From contig NW_027271019.1 in the NCBI RefSeq assembly GCF_040938485.1, forward strand, positions 806,001-870,000: 64,000 bases of DNA, given 5' to 3'. Below are positions 25,681 through 40,983 of this stretch, piece after piece; positions within the stretch are counted from its first letter, which is position 1, and every line of letters begins with the position of its first letter. The translations under genes were made by a program, and so were the position numbers. The notes under the pieces are model-generated. The model saw only the letters and a program-made list of their open reading frames with translations, did no database searches and was not told the origin of the DNA. Source of the stretch: Diadema antillarum. Lineage: Eukaryota.

Positions 25681-26670
25681 AATCTTAATTCTGTGCCAGA
25701 AGTGAGTTGATAAATGCACCCAAACTCAGAAAGGTTTCAACAACCTGTAAGGGAGATACTTGTCTAGCACATGCATCTAAACAGGAAAAATGAATTTTCA
25801 TATCAGATGCTTTATAATATTCCTATCAGGACATGAAAAGATCTGGAGTTCACATTTCTGGGACCCTCCTGCAGAATGAGGGAGACTTGGAAGCTCTGTT
25901 ATAAACCTCTAGCAATCAGGGGTGCATGTCGCACCTGTAGCATTTATGACAACAAAAACATAAAATTTACACATTTCAGCAAACTCCCCAATCTTGTGTA
26001 ACAGAAACCACCAACTAACAGGTATGGCATAGACACACAACTTTAGAGATATGTTACCCTGCCATCTCCATTGCTCCTCCACCCCCCCCCCCCCCTTTAG
26101 ATCCCTCTGTGGAAAAAGAACAAATATATCTATCATTATTACGTTTTAGTTTGTAAAGATTGGTAATTCAAATCTGACCCCTATAAAACAGACTGAAAGC
26201 AAGATGAAACTGTGAGACTGGCACAGAGTTCAACTTCTGAAACTTGAGCGAGACTTCTAAATATCCTGCAGGTGTTAAATAAAGTACACAAGCATACAGA
26301 GTGTACCTCTGCACAGAGCCCCTCATGTACATACAGTGTATAACGTCTTTCCAAGTGCGTACGTATAACATACACATGTTCTCTCTTCACATGTTCTCTA
26401 TTCACATAACCTGGGACAAATGCAGTCATGACATTCTGACACTGCGCTTGTGTATAAAGGAGTATGGAGTGATACTATGCACACTCTAGGTGCCTCCTAA
26501 ATGCACACACTCACACATCAATCTGCTGCTGGAGGATCAGTTTCAACTGCAGAATTTTATCGGATATTACAAACAGTTGATGTACCAGTCTCATCAAATT
26601 ATTATGGACCTACAGACATGGCATAGATACATGTACATGTACCTCCTCTAAAACCTTTGCACATGTGATA

Positions 26671-26882
26671 TACTGTAAAACATGATATATTCGCGGCATG
26701 GATTTTTCGCAAATTGGAGCCGACGGCCTTTTTTGCAGGATGAAATTTTCGCAAACTGCCACTAGCATTCGACGCATATAGTGTAGACAAGAACTTTCGT
26801 GTGCATTTTAATTTTGCGAATCTTAGCGCTCGCGAAATTCGCGAAAATCAAAATGCACGCGAACATTCCTTGTTTTACAGTA
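26671..26882 (+). mobile_element. TA-flanked ~210-bp MITE (TACTGTAAAAC family)
   Basis: tactgtaaaacatgatatattcgcggcatg ... cattccttgttttacagta. Confidence 0.92.
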
Positions 26883-29060
26883 GGCCTACAGGGCAAATGG
26901 AAGGAGTGCACCAGGTATGCAAAACAGCCAAAAGAAAACAAAATATCATTAATTTGTTGATAATATCTGTTTTCATCTAATTTATTCCTTAACTTACAAG
27001 CCAACATTTGACAGCTTGAGCACACCCTTTTATAATAGTTGATGTTCTTCCATTTATACTTTTAACAAGTATATTTTTGTCAAAATATAACATGTCTTAT
27101 TTCATAATGATATAGGCCTACTTTGCTGCACTGGCCCTTTCCTACCTGTGAAGTACAGCCATTTCTTGAAACTGATTAGTGAAAAGAATACTTTTTGCAC
27201 ATCATTTTGAAACTTTGTATTTCCACTCATTAAATAAGGAAGAACATAACATGTAGAAAAAGACAATATCCCTGCATTATAATCAGTGGGTTCCCTCTCC
27301 AAATTGATGCTGTGTGTGACTGGAATATTACAAGTACATTGTATAATCTGCTCACAGCAATGCTATTGCAAGTGCACAAGTATACACTTGTCCTCATGTA
27401 TGTATGTACATCAAGTTTCCACACAAGAGCATACAGGTAGGAAGTATAACAAAAAATGTACATACACAGACCGTAGTCTTCCTACGGTACCGATCTACTG
27501 CATCCCCCCTGTAAGTCATCTTGATATTCTTTAACGATAAACTCTTCATTTCTGCTACTGTAATACTGCATGATAGCTTCATGCATGTACTTTCTTCATG
27601 TCATGGCATGCTAGATGCTAGATTGATAAAAAACAACAACAACCCCCCCCCCCCTCAAAGTTAGTAGAAAAGCAGTATCAGCCTCTAATGGTTAACAGAG
27701 TACATCATTCGTAAGGTCCATAAAGTAAAATTGCATGACAGCGCACACTGCATTTTCAGTCATATATCAAGTATGAATACAAAAAACACATCCACTGACC
27801 TCTAGATGCACATACATTGCACATTGTAGATACAGTGCGCAATGTTTATTTAGCACAGTTGTCTAATGGAAAAAGTCTACAAGTAAGACTTAATGCAAAG
27901 TGGAAACTACTTGTATACATTCACATATTTTTTTTGTTGGTATATTCACTTACACACGAACTCAATTTGTAATGCTCAAACTACAAAATTATGTGACGTA
28001 GGCCCGACATGCCGACTCTGACTATGACTATCTACATGTGATATGAAACAAGCAAGATTCCATATTTTTTCATCATGTGAAGAGCCACTATACAACTACA
28101 CTTCCTACAAAATTAGTCAGTCAATAATGTTTTAAGAACTAGGGAGGAAGACAGACATTACTAGAATCTTCTATTTGGCAAACATTCAAATCATTAAGTG
28201 AGCATCTTTCTTTCACAGACATTTACAGTCCATCTCCACGAAGAACATACCTCCCAGAAATGATCACAGAGCACTGGACCAGCATGTACACAAAATTCTG
28301 ATTCTAAAAGTATGGCTTTTGGCTTGGGCAAAGAAGAAATAGCTACTACATTGTGCTGTACAAGGTATTCTTTCTTTTCAATGAGAGCTGGTGAAATCTT
28401 CCCTTTCTGGGGAATATGTTGTCTTTTCCAAATTAAAAAACCTAATGAGAATTTCAGTAATCTTGAGTAAAGTACATAGTAATTACTATGGCTTTCCTCA
28501 ATGGGATATGGTTGCATTTACTGGCTTTTATAAACACATCATTTCAAGCATACATTGACAAAGATTCATAAAGACCTCTAATACTTTATGTGCAGTGGCC
28601 TTTATAACCTTTACACAAGATGGTTAAAACAGCAAATATTGGCGAGTTCTACAACACAACAAACCTTTGAAAGCTTCAGGCTTTTCACAGTAATCATACA
28701 CAAGTAAAGCTGAAGTGGTACTCTGAGAAGTCAGCCCACATAGGGTATGATTCCTTCATTACTCCCAACATGATCACAAGAGCAAAGCAGACTGAACTGT
28801 AAAAATTCATGACATGTAAATATTTGCAGGCCTCCACTATTAAACACGCAAAAAGCACAAAACAAGCTCCAGGCACTGGAAAAAAAAAATGAAATCTGAC
28901 TTAAAGACAACAGGAGTGGACAGAGTGGAAGCTTGAAACACTTTACCAGGCATGATTTACACATCTTTGTTTGTCCAGTTGATGTAATTACACCATGTAG
29001 ATATGACTCATCTGTCAAGATATAGGATTCATGAAAGCTTGGCAGATTCGGCTATGGTGT

Positions 29061-29315
29061 ATATGAAGAGTTTGTTTGCAAAAACCGATAAGTCCATTTT
29101 TGAAGATTTTGAAGTACGGTCTCTGTCATAGAGTACAAAATATTACCTTTTAAATGATATATTGGTTACTACATATAAAGGTACATTTTTGAAGTTATGG
29201 TCAAAAGAAGCAAACATTTTCTTATTATTCTCTTGACTTTTCTTGACCTTTAATCGCAAATATCTCCATTTGGCAAATATGGACTTATTGGTTTTTGCGA
29301 ACAAACTCTTCATAT
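29061..29315. mobile_element. MITE with ~41-bp TIRs; ATAT ends consistent with a Sola-type AWWT TSD
   Basis: atatgaagagtttgtttgcaaaaaccgataagtccattttt / aaatatggacttattggtttttgcgaacaaactcttcatat (38/41 match by eye). Superfamily tentative because ATAT is palindromic. Confidence 0.75.
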
Positions 29316-32237
29316 GCTTAGTAACAATTGAATACATTGTATTATTTCTCAGGACTACAATTTGTAAACCTGCTTTTCCCCTATGCCCAGAGTGCTTATT
29401 GCCTTGCAAAGTACAGCAGGGTTTAGTTTTACTTTTTTAAAACTGTTTTTGTTTAAATTGTTTTCTGTTTTTGTTTCATCTTGTAACAAACAATACGTAT
29501 TTAATTTTTCTTTTGCCTCAAGATAAAATAAAAAGCAAACTCTTAAAGAAAAATTGACATCCTTTCATTACAAACACACACACACAAATAATCACATGAC
29601 ATGAACGATGGTTGCTAGTATTACAGTGAGCATACACTGTAGCTTTCCCTCAAATGAGCCATTATACAGGCTGTTTTTCAGTCTGTCAGTCAGTTACAGT
29701 CAATTACAATGTAATTGGTCACTGCAGTCAGTCACTCTACTATACACAGTAAATATTTGATGAATGGATACATCTCACCGCACTTTGGACCTAATCTCAT
29801 GAAACAGTTCAAACTAACACAGTGTGACAAGTACATTGTTCCACCTTCACCCTAATTAAGAGTTTTCACACTTACAGAGAACCCTTTTGTATTATCAAAT
29901 CTTGTTTTTCAATTTAACCCTATTTCTGTCACATATGCCATAGCCAGACTGCTCAGACATTTTGCAGTGCGCAGACACAAGATTGTTGATGGCCATTTCT
30001 GATTATCATTATTAGCATTACTGTGCCATGTTATACATCATTTAAAAGCTTACGGTCTAAACTTTCATATTACATAATAATCTGAGTGAGGGCGCCCCTT
30101 AAATTCAAAGTAGGACGCCCTCTTATGTCATATAAATATCATTGCAGACTTACTTCTACATGTTACCAACTCATTTTTTCACACGACATGCTCTTGCATC
30201 ACAAAAAGGTCTCACTGATGTTGCAGAGAATTTATTCAGCTTTCAGATGATATGATTTTTTCATCAATAGCATCAGTACTTTTCATTTTATGAACAAAAG
30301 TCTGTGGCAATTACAAACTAGATTTCACACATTTTGTGTAATTTCTGATTTGTGAATGAAGTTGGCCTGAAAGTAGATAAAGCATGTTTGTATCTTGTCA
30401 AGCTGAAACTATAAATTGAATTGTGCTTTTTATTTCAAATCTAGATTAATCTTGTCCTATGATATTGCCACAATTATAAGATAATCTAAGGATAAAAACT
30501 GTCCATTGAAAATATTCAGACTTCGGAGTGTCCATTCCAGTTGATCATAGTTTACGACTCTCTGCACTCTCCTCATTGAAACAGAAGGAACTATCACAGC
30601 AGTCATTTTTCTTTATGATAAACCTGCACTGAACTAAAGTTTCGCATCTATGGTTTCCTATGTAATAATAATAAACAGTCAAACATACCCCAACATCAAG
30701 ACTGTACAGTTTCAGGCCGCCAGCAGGAGGCTACTGTAACCCTATTGCTCCTTACACCTGCCCCACTGGCCCTGGCAAACTAGAGACCCATTGCACTGCT
30801 GTCAGTGCCGAGTAAACAGTTACAACTGCTGCACTGAATGTGCAGGGTTCATCTATTCTACAGATCATTTATGAGGCCGATATTACTGCCTGGAACTATA
30901 CCCCTTCACAGAATTTAAAGATGTTGAAATCCCTATCCTGAATGTTTTCCCTTCATATTTTACTATTTTGACTTAGATACATGAGATGAAAATTGACCCA
31001 TGTGTACGATCTTTTCATTGCACACTGTGATCTCTATTACAGTCCCACATGTACAGATTCGTGTAAGTTCTCCACACAAGAAACCTATGGCAAAACTGTA
31101 CACAATACATTGCAGTCTGATTGCAAATAAACATGGGCGGGGCCACCACAATTTCTTGAACTTGTCCTTTAAGCCTCTTTCACGCTATCATTTCTTTCTA
31201 CAGAATATTTCCCTTTGTGCTCCATTAGGCCAGGACACTTCACATATTCACATGCACCTTCTATCACCCTACATGTATCTTGCTCCGAGCCCCATTCTTC
31301 TCCATAAAAGTTGTCATTTTTTGACCCATTAGAAGTAGACAATATTTCAACCTTGCATATCATTTCAGTGTATGTGGAGTGTCTAGGGCTAGTCCATACA
31401 CAACATTCAAATTATGATACTACTATTATTAGAATCTAGATGAATGAGTAATATGCACAGACCTCACAGCATGCATCATATTACCAATCACATGTGTGAT
31501 AATGCATCTTGTTTACGACATGCCAACTTCAAAGTGTTTGAAATAGCCAAGAAATGCCAGGATAGCGATGTACATGTAAGGCTCTTTCCCATATCATCCT
31601 TTCACTGAGCAAGGACCTTCCAGTCAATAGCACACTTTACTTTGATGTCGGGTAGTAATCAATTTATGACATCAAGACGTCCTCATGCAAGAATCATCTA
31701 CTGTACAGTGCCCTAACATTATTAGGATGAGCTAATGAAATAGGAATGATAAAAAACAAATGCAAACACAAAAACAAAAACAAACATCCCCCCCAAAAAA
31801 AACACCAACAAAACAACAGCTCACAGGCCATAATGAATAACAATATTCTGATTTTGAAACTAATAAAAAACACAGTTCTCAGAGGAAAAGTCACAGGTCA
31901 AGCGCATGCAATGTATAAGACTACTGTACACAGATTTATGTGTGATGAAACCCTTCAACCAAAAAAAGTTTGATTCTATAATTTTGTATTTATTCTGTGG
32001 AAACATGGACTGTCCCCTCTACTTAAATAAAGACATTGTAGAACACTACTCTGTAGGAGAAAAATTATAAGATCACTTAATATTACGATTCCTTTAGAAT
32101 GATGCAAAAGGACTATTTCTTTTTTTTTTTCATGGATAACCCCACCTGCCCATGCTTATGCCAAACTGTATCTCTTTAAATAACAACTTATGACACAGAC
32201 TGCTGCTTACAAACAACCAAAAGCACAATCATACACT

Positions 32238-32370
32238 AGGGCCCCACTTTATCAAAAGATATTACCGATTACAAATTTCCTTACCACGTAGGATGCCATA
32301 CAATTTTTGTAGACTTACGATAGAAATCAACTATCAAAATCAATTACAACTCTCTACAAAACAGGGCCCA
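32238..32370 (-). mobile_element. ~130-bp GGGCCC-ended MITE, inverted homologue of 55237-55359
   Basis: agggccccactttatcaaaag..aaatttccttaccac..gtagacttac..gaaatcaa..aactct..aaaacagggccca aligns to the reverse complement of the 55237 copy. Confidence 0.8.
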
Positions 32371-35300
32371 GAAACAACATACTTCCTCTTGCAGAAATTC
32401 TTGCACATTTTGCTTCATACATGTACTGATTTCAAGGATACAAATGTGAGTGCAATAAAGAAGAAGAAGACAAAAAAGAGACAGACCACTGTAAACCCTA
32501 AGCCATACCTTTAAGAGCTCTAGCCACATAAGTTTGTTAATTGGCCACAATTAATGCAAACTCACTACTCACATATCCTTTTTTCTCAGACCTACAGATG
32601 TATGCGAACATGACAGTTATACACACACATCATTTGCTTCTTCCCTCCCTTATTATACTCCTCTCTCACCTTTTACAAACATAAACTTCTGTGAGCAAAT
32701 GCAAACAAAATTAAACAAGTTTTCATCCATTAAACCAAGAACATGCATAAATCTTCACACACAAAATATTACATCCACATCCAAAGAACTTGTCACTTGT
32801 AGGATATATGCCAAGGGATATTCTGAACTGTAAGCACATAACAGTTATTCACAATGGTGATCCTCCCTGCAAATTTGCACAACCCTTCAAGCCATTGAAA
32901 AAAAAAATGAGGATTTGCCAAGTATTCATTCTCATAATTTCCTTGCTGGCACACACTTCTTTGAAAAGCTGCATTACTCATGTGATGTATTATCTTGGAA
33001 AAGGAACTCATTCAGGCAATTTGTGGTCGGTTAGTCACATTGGAAAACTGCTGGTTAGTTTTCTTTTTTCCTGTTTCTATGCCTCTTCATACATGAATAA
33101 CACTATCAGTAAATTGAGGAAGGGGTGCAATTGTTGTTAAATATCATGTATACTAGCAGTGATGCTTATATTTCTTGAACTGGTATAGCCTTAAATTTTT
33201 CAGCTTCTTCAACAACAGGAACGGCAATGATACAATTTGGTATGCATTCTTGCTCACAACCAGTCTTTGGAATAGAGAACTGTAGCCAGGGTCACACTGA
33301 GTAAAACTTCTTGAAGTTTTGCCAAGGTTAACACAAAGTTAGATATTAGAAAAAAAATTTATTGATAAAATGCAAAATTTCTAACATAATCTATCCTGTT
33401 AAACCAAATGGTTGTGTATAGGCCCATATTCATGACAGTTATTTATTTATAGTCATATGACATACATTGTACATTGTATATCATACATAATATGCATTAA
33501 GATACAAAAGGTAACAGAATGTATTAAATGACTTTTACTTGATATTTCAAGGGCTGTAACTTTGTGAGGATTTGCATTCAAGAGTCCCCAACATATTCTC
33601 TGATATTTCAGTTCATTAACAGACAACAAAAATTGATTGTGATATTTCAGTCAAGACTTCTTATCTTCAAAATATAACTAAATAAGCATCACTGTGTATA
33701 TTAAAGAAAATGTTTTAATAGAAAAGAGGTAACCTGCCAATCAATCTTAATGACCTATTTGTCTCAATACATCCATTTAAATATCTCTTTTCTTGCCATT
33801 CAATTTCTCGACATTAACAGGACATGTTAACAACCAATACATATTGTACGCTCAGCTAATTCATGACACGCTGAATAATAATATTTCTTTCATTTCAACT
33901 CAGATCAGCATGCATGGCATTCCCACTTCAGTGTGGCAAAGGCATTTCTGCCCACCAAAATGAGAACCCTTGGCCCTACATTTGCCCAATACAAATTAAA
34001 TTTGCACTGCTGAAAGGGCAATCAGATGGTATTACATGAGAGAAGTTTGGTCTGCTTACATGTTGGGTGTAGCAGAACACCCTTATTGAGTTTATCTTAC
34101 TCAAGACAGGTGATGTAGCCATTCAAACTGAAAGTGAAGCAGATAGTGCGCCAAAGAGTGCATTCCTCACTTCTGGAATATGCATTAGCAACATCTACTC
34201 AGACAAGATACAGGAGTAATGGGGCGCATGCTGTACGTGACATAATACATGTGTGTCTTCAAGTTCCCAAGCACTCTCTGAAGAGGAGTTCTCAGAAACA
34301 TTATCAGAAGGAATACTGCAAAACAATTTTGCCTTCTGCTTTTGCTTTGAAGACTAGATATAATGAAATAAATTCATCATTTGATAAATGTATTGTATGA
34401 TGCAAGATTAGATTCAGACCACAAGACAGCCCTCAGTTTAAAACTAAAATTCCATTTTCATTACATGCTTCAATATTATGAAAGACATTCAGAAATTTGT
34501 GAATGCAACAGTAGAAGAAAAAAAATAGGAAGTTTTGCTCAATATTAGTATTTTAAGAAAACTCTCAAACAATGGGTGTAAATACCAGACAACTACACAC
34601 GAGCTTACTTTTTGAAATGGCACAAACCATCAAAACTAAATTGTGAGTGATTAACACCATTGAAATGCCAATACTGTGTGGGTCATGGCTACCATATCTG
34701 TGAACACAGGTGATATTTACAACATATACTTACACACTTCCTGTTCAACTCATTTTATTACCTTATCCAGCATGACACCTTCTGTGGTCTTTGTACACAC
34801 AAATGATGGCAATAATAGCCCACATGACTTACAAGACAAACATCCTGCTAGCCTATCAATGCATAGTCTGTATTCACAGGACATCAACACTTTGCCAAAA
34901 ATCAAATGACTGACAAGATTTTAACAGCATAATTGTTTATAACACATCACTTAATTAGCAATACAACATTTTCTAAAAGTCAGCTATCTTTATGCAAAAA
35001 TATCATTGATTTTTCAAGTTACATTCATAACCTCAGTTATCAGAAGTACCATCTACATATCATGCACCAAGGTTTACAAATTGTGATTCTTGAATTTTGC
35101 TAAAGATAGCAATTTCTTTCTTAAAGGTGAGCAAATATCAAAGTCCACTCATGTCGGTCAAAAAGTTCGACACTGCTGTTGGCAGACAAACAATGTAACT
35201 CCCTGACTGTGAAAACAGTGTCATCTGGAGTTTATGAAGCCACATACCAAATGCTATTAAAAAAAAGAAAAGAAAAAAAAAAGAAAATGAATAATTAAGA

Positions 35301-37658
35301 ACATCATATGGCATCCATCCATCCATCTAATGCCTGCAAAGCCATCACTTCAACTTCTTTTTCATAAGACTGATTTTCTTTGATGAAATATGCACATTGC
35401 ATGTAAATAATTATGTAAAGGAGGGTACATCACACTAAGGAACAAGTCATACGTACAAATTTTGTAATACATGAATATTTCTCAAGAGCCAAAATACTTT
35501 TGTTGTAATTTCTCTAGAATGGCTTATCTACAGTAAATCTACTTTCCTTATATGATGTGCCCTAATGATTTTTATCAAAGCACAAAAAAAAATCTAAAGT
35601 TGAATTGAAACATGTATACAGAGGAGCATGCATATTAGTGTTTCTATGCTATTTATAACTAACAAGTTACACTGTACATCCAGTAAATTTTCATGTGTAC
35701 TAGCAAAACAGGAAAAAGAACAGAAGATGAGACCATTTCTTATATCCAAAATATGCATATTTTTCTCTCCCCCCCCCCCCCCCCTCTTCATGACATACCT
35801 GTTTGGCAAACTCAAATTGTCTTGACATAATGAAATTACAATGATCAATCAATATTTCCACTTTAAGAATAGTTTGGAGTTTGAAAGAACTTTGTTTGAA
35901 TCAAGGCAGCACCTGAACATACTGTATGTAAAATGTTCCTGCAAAAAACAAAACAACAAAAATCAGTCACATTACGAGTTTTTCTACTTCATGGAGCATC
36001 AGTAGTATTGAGAGAACCCACATCATCACAAACAGAGCAATACAAGATTCATTAGTATACATTTATACAGCAATAGGCAAAATACCAATTCTCTACACAG
36101 GCAACTTTCTTTCCCTTTAACTTGCCCACAAGTGATTTTTATCTGTCCTGGGCAAGCAGGCATGAGGACCCTATGTAAACTTATGCCACTCTTCCTATCT
36201 AAAGCATCTACGAGAAAACCATACATTCTAGATTGACTACATGCATTCTTTTGTTTGCTTGTTTTTTCATTCAAATGGAGCATTACTACCTTTGTGTCAA
36301 CACTGAAAGTGACAGGTAATAGCACTGATACATTGGAATCTGTCACGAATGTGTGCTGGCTCGAACGGAATGAGCAAAGCTAAAACTTACTGCAATTCTC
36401 ACTGCACAACTTGCATTTATAATCAACGTCTTTTTAGACTGCAGGGGACAGTGAATCATCATCAACTCGTTATTGTTAAGAAGCCACCACATTTCATTTG
36501 TGAACAAAAAAAGCATCAAATTCCCAATGCGAATACTGTTAGTTGTGTATACTTTGTGGGTAAACAGTTAACTATTCTACAGCTACGCTACTGAATTGCC
36601 TTCTGCCCTCCATGAGGTGCTGCTACAAGCTAGCATGGATAACTCAAGTCTGCCATGAGAGGAGAGGACAAGTGTAGAGATGATGATACCGCAGCGCTGC
36701 CAGTGCAGCATCCAGTGCAGCATCCAGTGACAGATCAATATCACTGTCATATGAAAAAAAAAAGAAACACAACTGCACATCCTCACATTTTCTAAACCCT
36801 CTCTTTATCTCATCAAAGACAAAACCGTGTGGATAATCACACATGAAGGAAACCTTACTCACATATCTGTTGGGTAAGCAGCAGCAGCAATCCAGCAATT
36901 AATATATTATATCCAATATTCAGTCCTCCACACACACATATAATCATCAACAATGCATGGTGCTTCTTAAACCGGCGAAACGCAGCACAGCTCTCCAAGC
37001 TACGCCGTCAGCTGAGCGTAGTGGCTTGTACCACAATGCATTACAGCTCTTGCATGCACACAGGCTGCCAGAGTAAGGTTAGTCTGCCCTTATCAGACCC
37101 CTTTGAAAATCACCAAAGACACGGACACAAATTGGAGTATCATATAGGCCTAAATAATCCTACATATAAGTTATGCCAAGACACTGGCTTCTCCTGTCAG
37201 AATTTGGAGATGATACTGTGTCTACAGTCCCACTAGTGAGATACAATGTATAGTTGTGTCTGTCTTTTACACATGAGCCTGGCCATGGGGGTACACACAT
37301 GAACTACTTAAATCAAATTAACAAAGTTTATACCTCTTACACAACTATGCAGATTTATGCATACTACATGTACATTGTAGACTATATGGGAGTGGTAGCG
37401 TGTGTTTACAAGCTTCCTCAGAGGAGAGTATCAGCTCATCCAGTTGCCATTGAAAATTAGCTCTACATCAACGCACATCCCGAAAGTGAAAAGCAATCAG
37501 GGTATTTTACTTCCTTTTACTACAGGATGATGGCATGTTACGCGAAGATACTCACAAGCACACACACACACTCACACACACAGAACAGATCTAAATGCCT
37601 GGTATTTAGGGCAGACACAATATCAATATCACTCATGCTGAACTTCTATGGCTTTTAA

Positions 37659-38216
37659 AGGACAAGTTCACCTTCATAGACATGTGGGTTGAGTGAATGC
37701 AGCAATATTAGTGGAACACATCAATGACAGTTTGAGGAAAATCAGACAGTCCGTTCAAAAGTTATGCATTTTTTAAGTTTCTGCTCAGTCACGGCTGGAT
37801 GAGAAGACTACTATAGCTTGTGATGTCATATGAGTACAACTATATAAAGAAAGTATAAAGAAAATTAAAGATATTCTCACTTTTCTCACATAATAAAAGA
37901 ACAATCGACTTCTCTCTTTCAGAAGTCAGGGGGAATAATATTACCCCTAACATAAGTCAGTAACAAGTCGAGGAAATGTGCACTTTATTCAAAAAGTCAA
38001 GTTTTGTGAAATTCTCTTTTTATTTTCCTTATATCGTTGTACGCATGTAACATCATACACTGTAGTAGTCTTCTCCTCCAGCAGTGATTGCACAGATATT
38101 TTAAAAATTCATAACTTTTGAACGGATGGTAGGATTTTCCCCAAACTTTCACTGATGTGTTCTACTAACATTGTTGCCTTCACTCAATCCACATGTACAT
38201 GAAGGTGAACTTGTCC
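37659..38216 (+). mobile_element. Kolobok-like MITE copy K3
   Basis: ttaa|aggacaagttcaccttcatagacatgtggg ... catgaaggtgaacttgtcc|ttaa. Confidence 0.9.
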
Positions 38217-38220
38217 TTAA

Positions 38221-38695
38221 AGGGCTTTTTACACTTCCCGTACCAACGGTGGGGCTAAGGGGGGTCTTAGCCCCACCTTTGGTACCAGACTTTCCTTAGC
38301 CCACTTTCTGTTTCCCACTCGTTTTTGCCAAAGTGGGCTAGCCCCACCGAATAGTCCCTTACTATCTGGCCTTGCAAAATAGCAGGGTTAGCACCGCAAT
38401 TGCGGTGCCAAGCAAGTGAGTGTAAACAGAACGAAAAAATAATCCGGGGCTAAGCGACGGAGACGAAGTCCGACCCCACTGACCAATCAGAAACAAAATA
38501 ATCAAGTGCTACCGGTGCGTGCGTGTATGTGTACAGTGCACAGCGTAATCATGAATATGCATGTGGTTTGGAAAGTACCAGACTATATACGAGTGTAAAA
38601 AGGTCAATTTTCTCCTTAGCCCCGGACAAGAGCTTAGTACGGGACTTATTGGCGAGTGTAAAAAGCTGAAAGAATTGGTACGGGACTAACCTACT
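38221..38695. mobile_element. PIF/Harbinger-like palindrome-rich MITE, right end apparently truncated, abutting K3
   Basis: Starts agggctttttacacttcccgtacc; repeated ggggctaag/cttagcccc and gtacgggac motifs; hairpin ggtggggctaag..cttagccccacc at 38248-38277; partial inverted gagtgtaaaaag near 38590 and 38657. Confidence 0.6.
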
Positions 38696-38863
38696 CTTTA
38701 ATTCTATATGAAACCTCATAACATGTTCTGTGATCTTCAAGCTACTAATGAGAGATAGAAAGAGACTACCATTGGCTTGATGCACAGAGCACTGAAATTT
38801 GCCTTTTTTTTTTTGTTCAAGTGCAATCAAGCCCCAGTCTCATATCTTCATCAATAGATCAAC

Positions 38864-39078
38864 TACTGCAAAAATGATATATTCGCGGCATGAAGTCTTC
38901 GCAAATTGGAGTCAAAAGCCTTTTTTCGCAGCATGAAATTTCTGCAAAATGCCGTTGGTATTCAGTGCACATAGTGTAGACAAGAACTTTTAAATGCATT
39001 TTAATTTTGTGAATCTTGTCTCTTACGAAATTCACAAAATTGAAATGCATATAAATGCACATTCCTTGTTTTACAGTA
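38864..39078 (+). mobile_element. TA-flanked ~210-bp MITE (TACTGTAAAAC family, more diverged)
   Basis: tactgcaaaaatgatatattcgcggcatg ... cattccttgttttacagta. Confidence 0.85.
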
Positions 39079-40799
39079 ATCATTATTATCACATGCTATT
39101 GAGCCAGATGAAAGTTGTGAGGACATCAGCTCACTCAATTGCTCATTCAAAGCAACTATTTTGCAAAAATTTGTGAAACTTCACAATTTTGTAACTTTCT
39201 TTAATTTTTATTTGATTTTGTTCAAATTTTCATTCTTGTGCTTGTAAAATTGTATTGTTTCTTTTTAGACAAACCTTTAACTTGTTCAGAATTCTGTTAC
39301 AGTATAACTACAACACCAAATTTTTAACACTTGGTAATCTGAAATGTTAGTGAGCTATTTAGTGCTCATTCAACAGACACCTCCTCACAAGAGTCACTGT
39401 CGCCTTGCGATTGTGACTTTTTCTTTTTTAAACCAAAATACCTGATAGAACTTTTTATCTGTTCTCTGCTTGTTTAGTTTATAATCTAATGATCTTATAA
39501 TCTTGTAAAGTTTATAATCTAACGATACTTAAAAAAAACCCACACATTTCTTACAGGCTCTGCTTCTGATTTAACTGACTGAGGATGATCTCTTCACTCA
39601 TGAGTGTGGAATGCCATTCATTTGGCATTTTCTCTTCAAAGAGCAAACTCCTTCTTTTCAACTCATGACATATAAAGGGTCTTGTTTTCCAAACATAATC
39701 AAAAGCATGAAAACCATACCAATGTCTCTGTACATTCAGTACTTGGTTTTTCTGTGAACTGAGCAGAAGAGAGCACTATGAAAGAGATTGGAATATTACA
39801 TTTTTACAAAAATTACCAAGGAAGAACTAAAAGTCTTGAGGAGAGTCTAAAACACTGATCAAAGACAATGCAAAATTGAAGAAGAGTGTTGGAATGAGTA
39901 TGGATTGGTCACCGGGGAGATGGGCCAATTAATAAGATGCTGATACCTGTCACAGGATCCATACATTATTGTCATGTCTGTAAGTTCACATGGGACTGTT
40001 ACATTGTGTATAGTAAAAACAATACTGTATACTCAGAATATTTTGAGAGGTTTTTATTTTCACAAATTTTGCAAGTCAGGTGCTTATAGTTGTGAATTTA
40101 AAGACTTTATATGCTTCCCATACCTTTTGGAATGCCACATGAGAAAAAGCTTTTGAATGAAAATGTTGTATGTTAATGCAACAGATTAGGCATAATTTTA
40201 ATGAAAAAAAATATTTGTTCTTACATATGCATGTAGTATTATCTCACTAGACAAGAGCTGTATCGTGCATGTACAGATCAATAGCAGTTACACTGATATT
40301 GGTCATATAGTGTACAATGAAAAGGTATGAAAGTTAAAAATTTTTTTTAAATTTTCATGAAACACTGACATCAGAAATAACTACTAAACCAAATTAGAGT
40401 AATTGTTGCCGTCATCACCTCTCATCTGTCCTGGGGTCATATGAACAATTTTGAGTACTGGCTTCAAGTCACATACCCTTTGCATACTGTACTTGTCCAT
40501 GCAAAGTTATCAAAAATCAAAATGACACAAAAGAGGCTAAGGAAAAGACTATGCACAGGTTGGCATGGCAGTCACCGTCTGTATGTAAATTTCACACAGC
40601 TGAGGTCCATAAATCATACAGGCAATTTGATTTTGTGTTGTATACTTAAATTGGAACTGCTGGTATACAAATAGCCATTAAGAAGTGTTAATCTTCATGA
40701 CCATTTAACAGCTAGTAGCTGCAGTTTCAGCCGCTACTTCTTAACAATCTCTGAATTCCTACTTATCAACCATATGATAAATAATGCATAAAAGCATTG

Positions 40800-40926
40800 C
40801 ATAAAATTCGTCACAGGGTTTTAAAGAAGATGAAAATGTAAAAAGTTTACACGTGACATACTATAGACAATGGATGATGAGTTATCACGATAGCTCACTT
40901 GAGCCTTTGGCTAAGGTGAGTTAAAA
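40800..40926 (+). mobile_element. 3' fragment of a HINE-2-family element
   Basis: gaagatgaaaatgtaaaaagtttac..gatagctcacttgagcctttggctaaggtgagttaaaaa matches the 3' end of 42077-43474. Confidence 0.8.
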
Positions 40927-40983
40927 ATGTTAACTATGAAAGCCTTTATTTTTTTCATGTCAGCAGATTTCACACATTATGTA

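Noticed and set aside
27146-27171. 26-nt minus-strand segment with cag| acceptor and CAG|gtagga donor
   Set aside because: Frame-shifting length between the two main exons; this many pseudo-exons are expected by chance in 37 kb.
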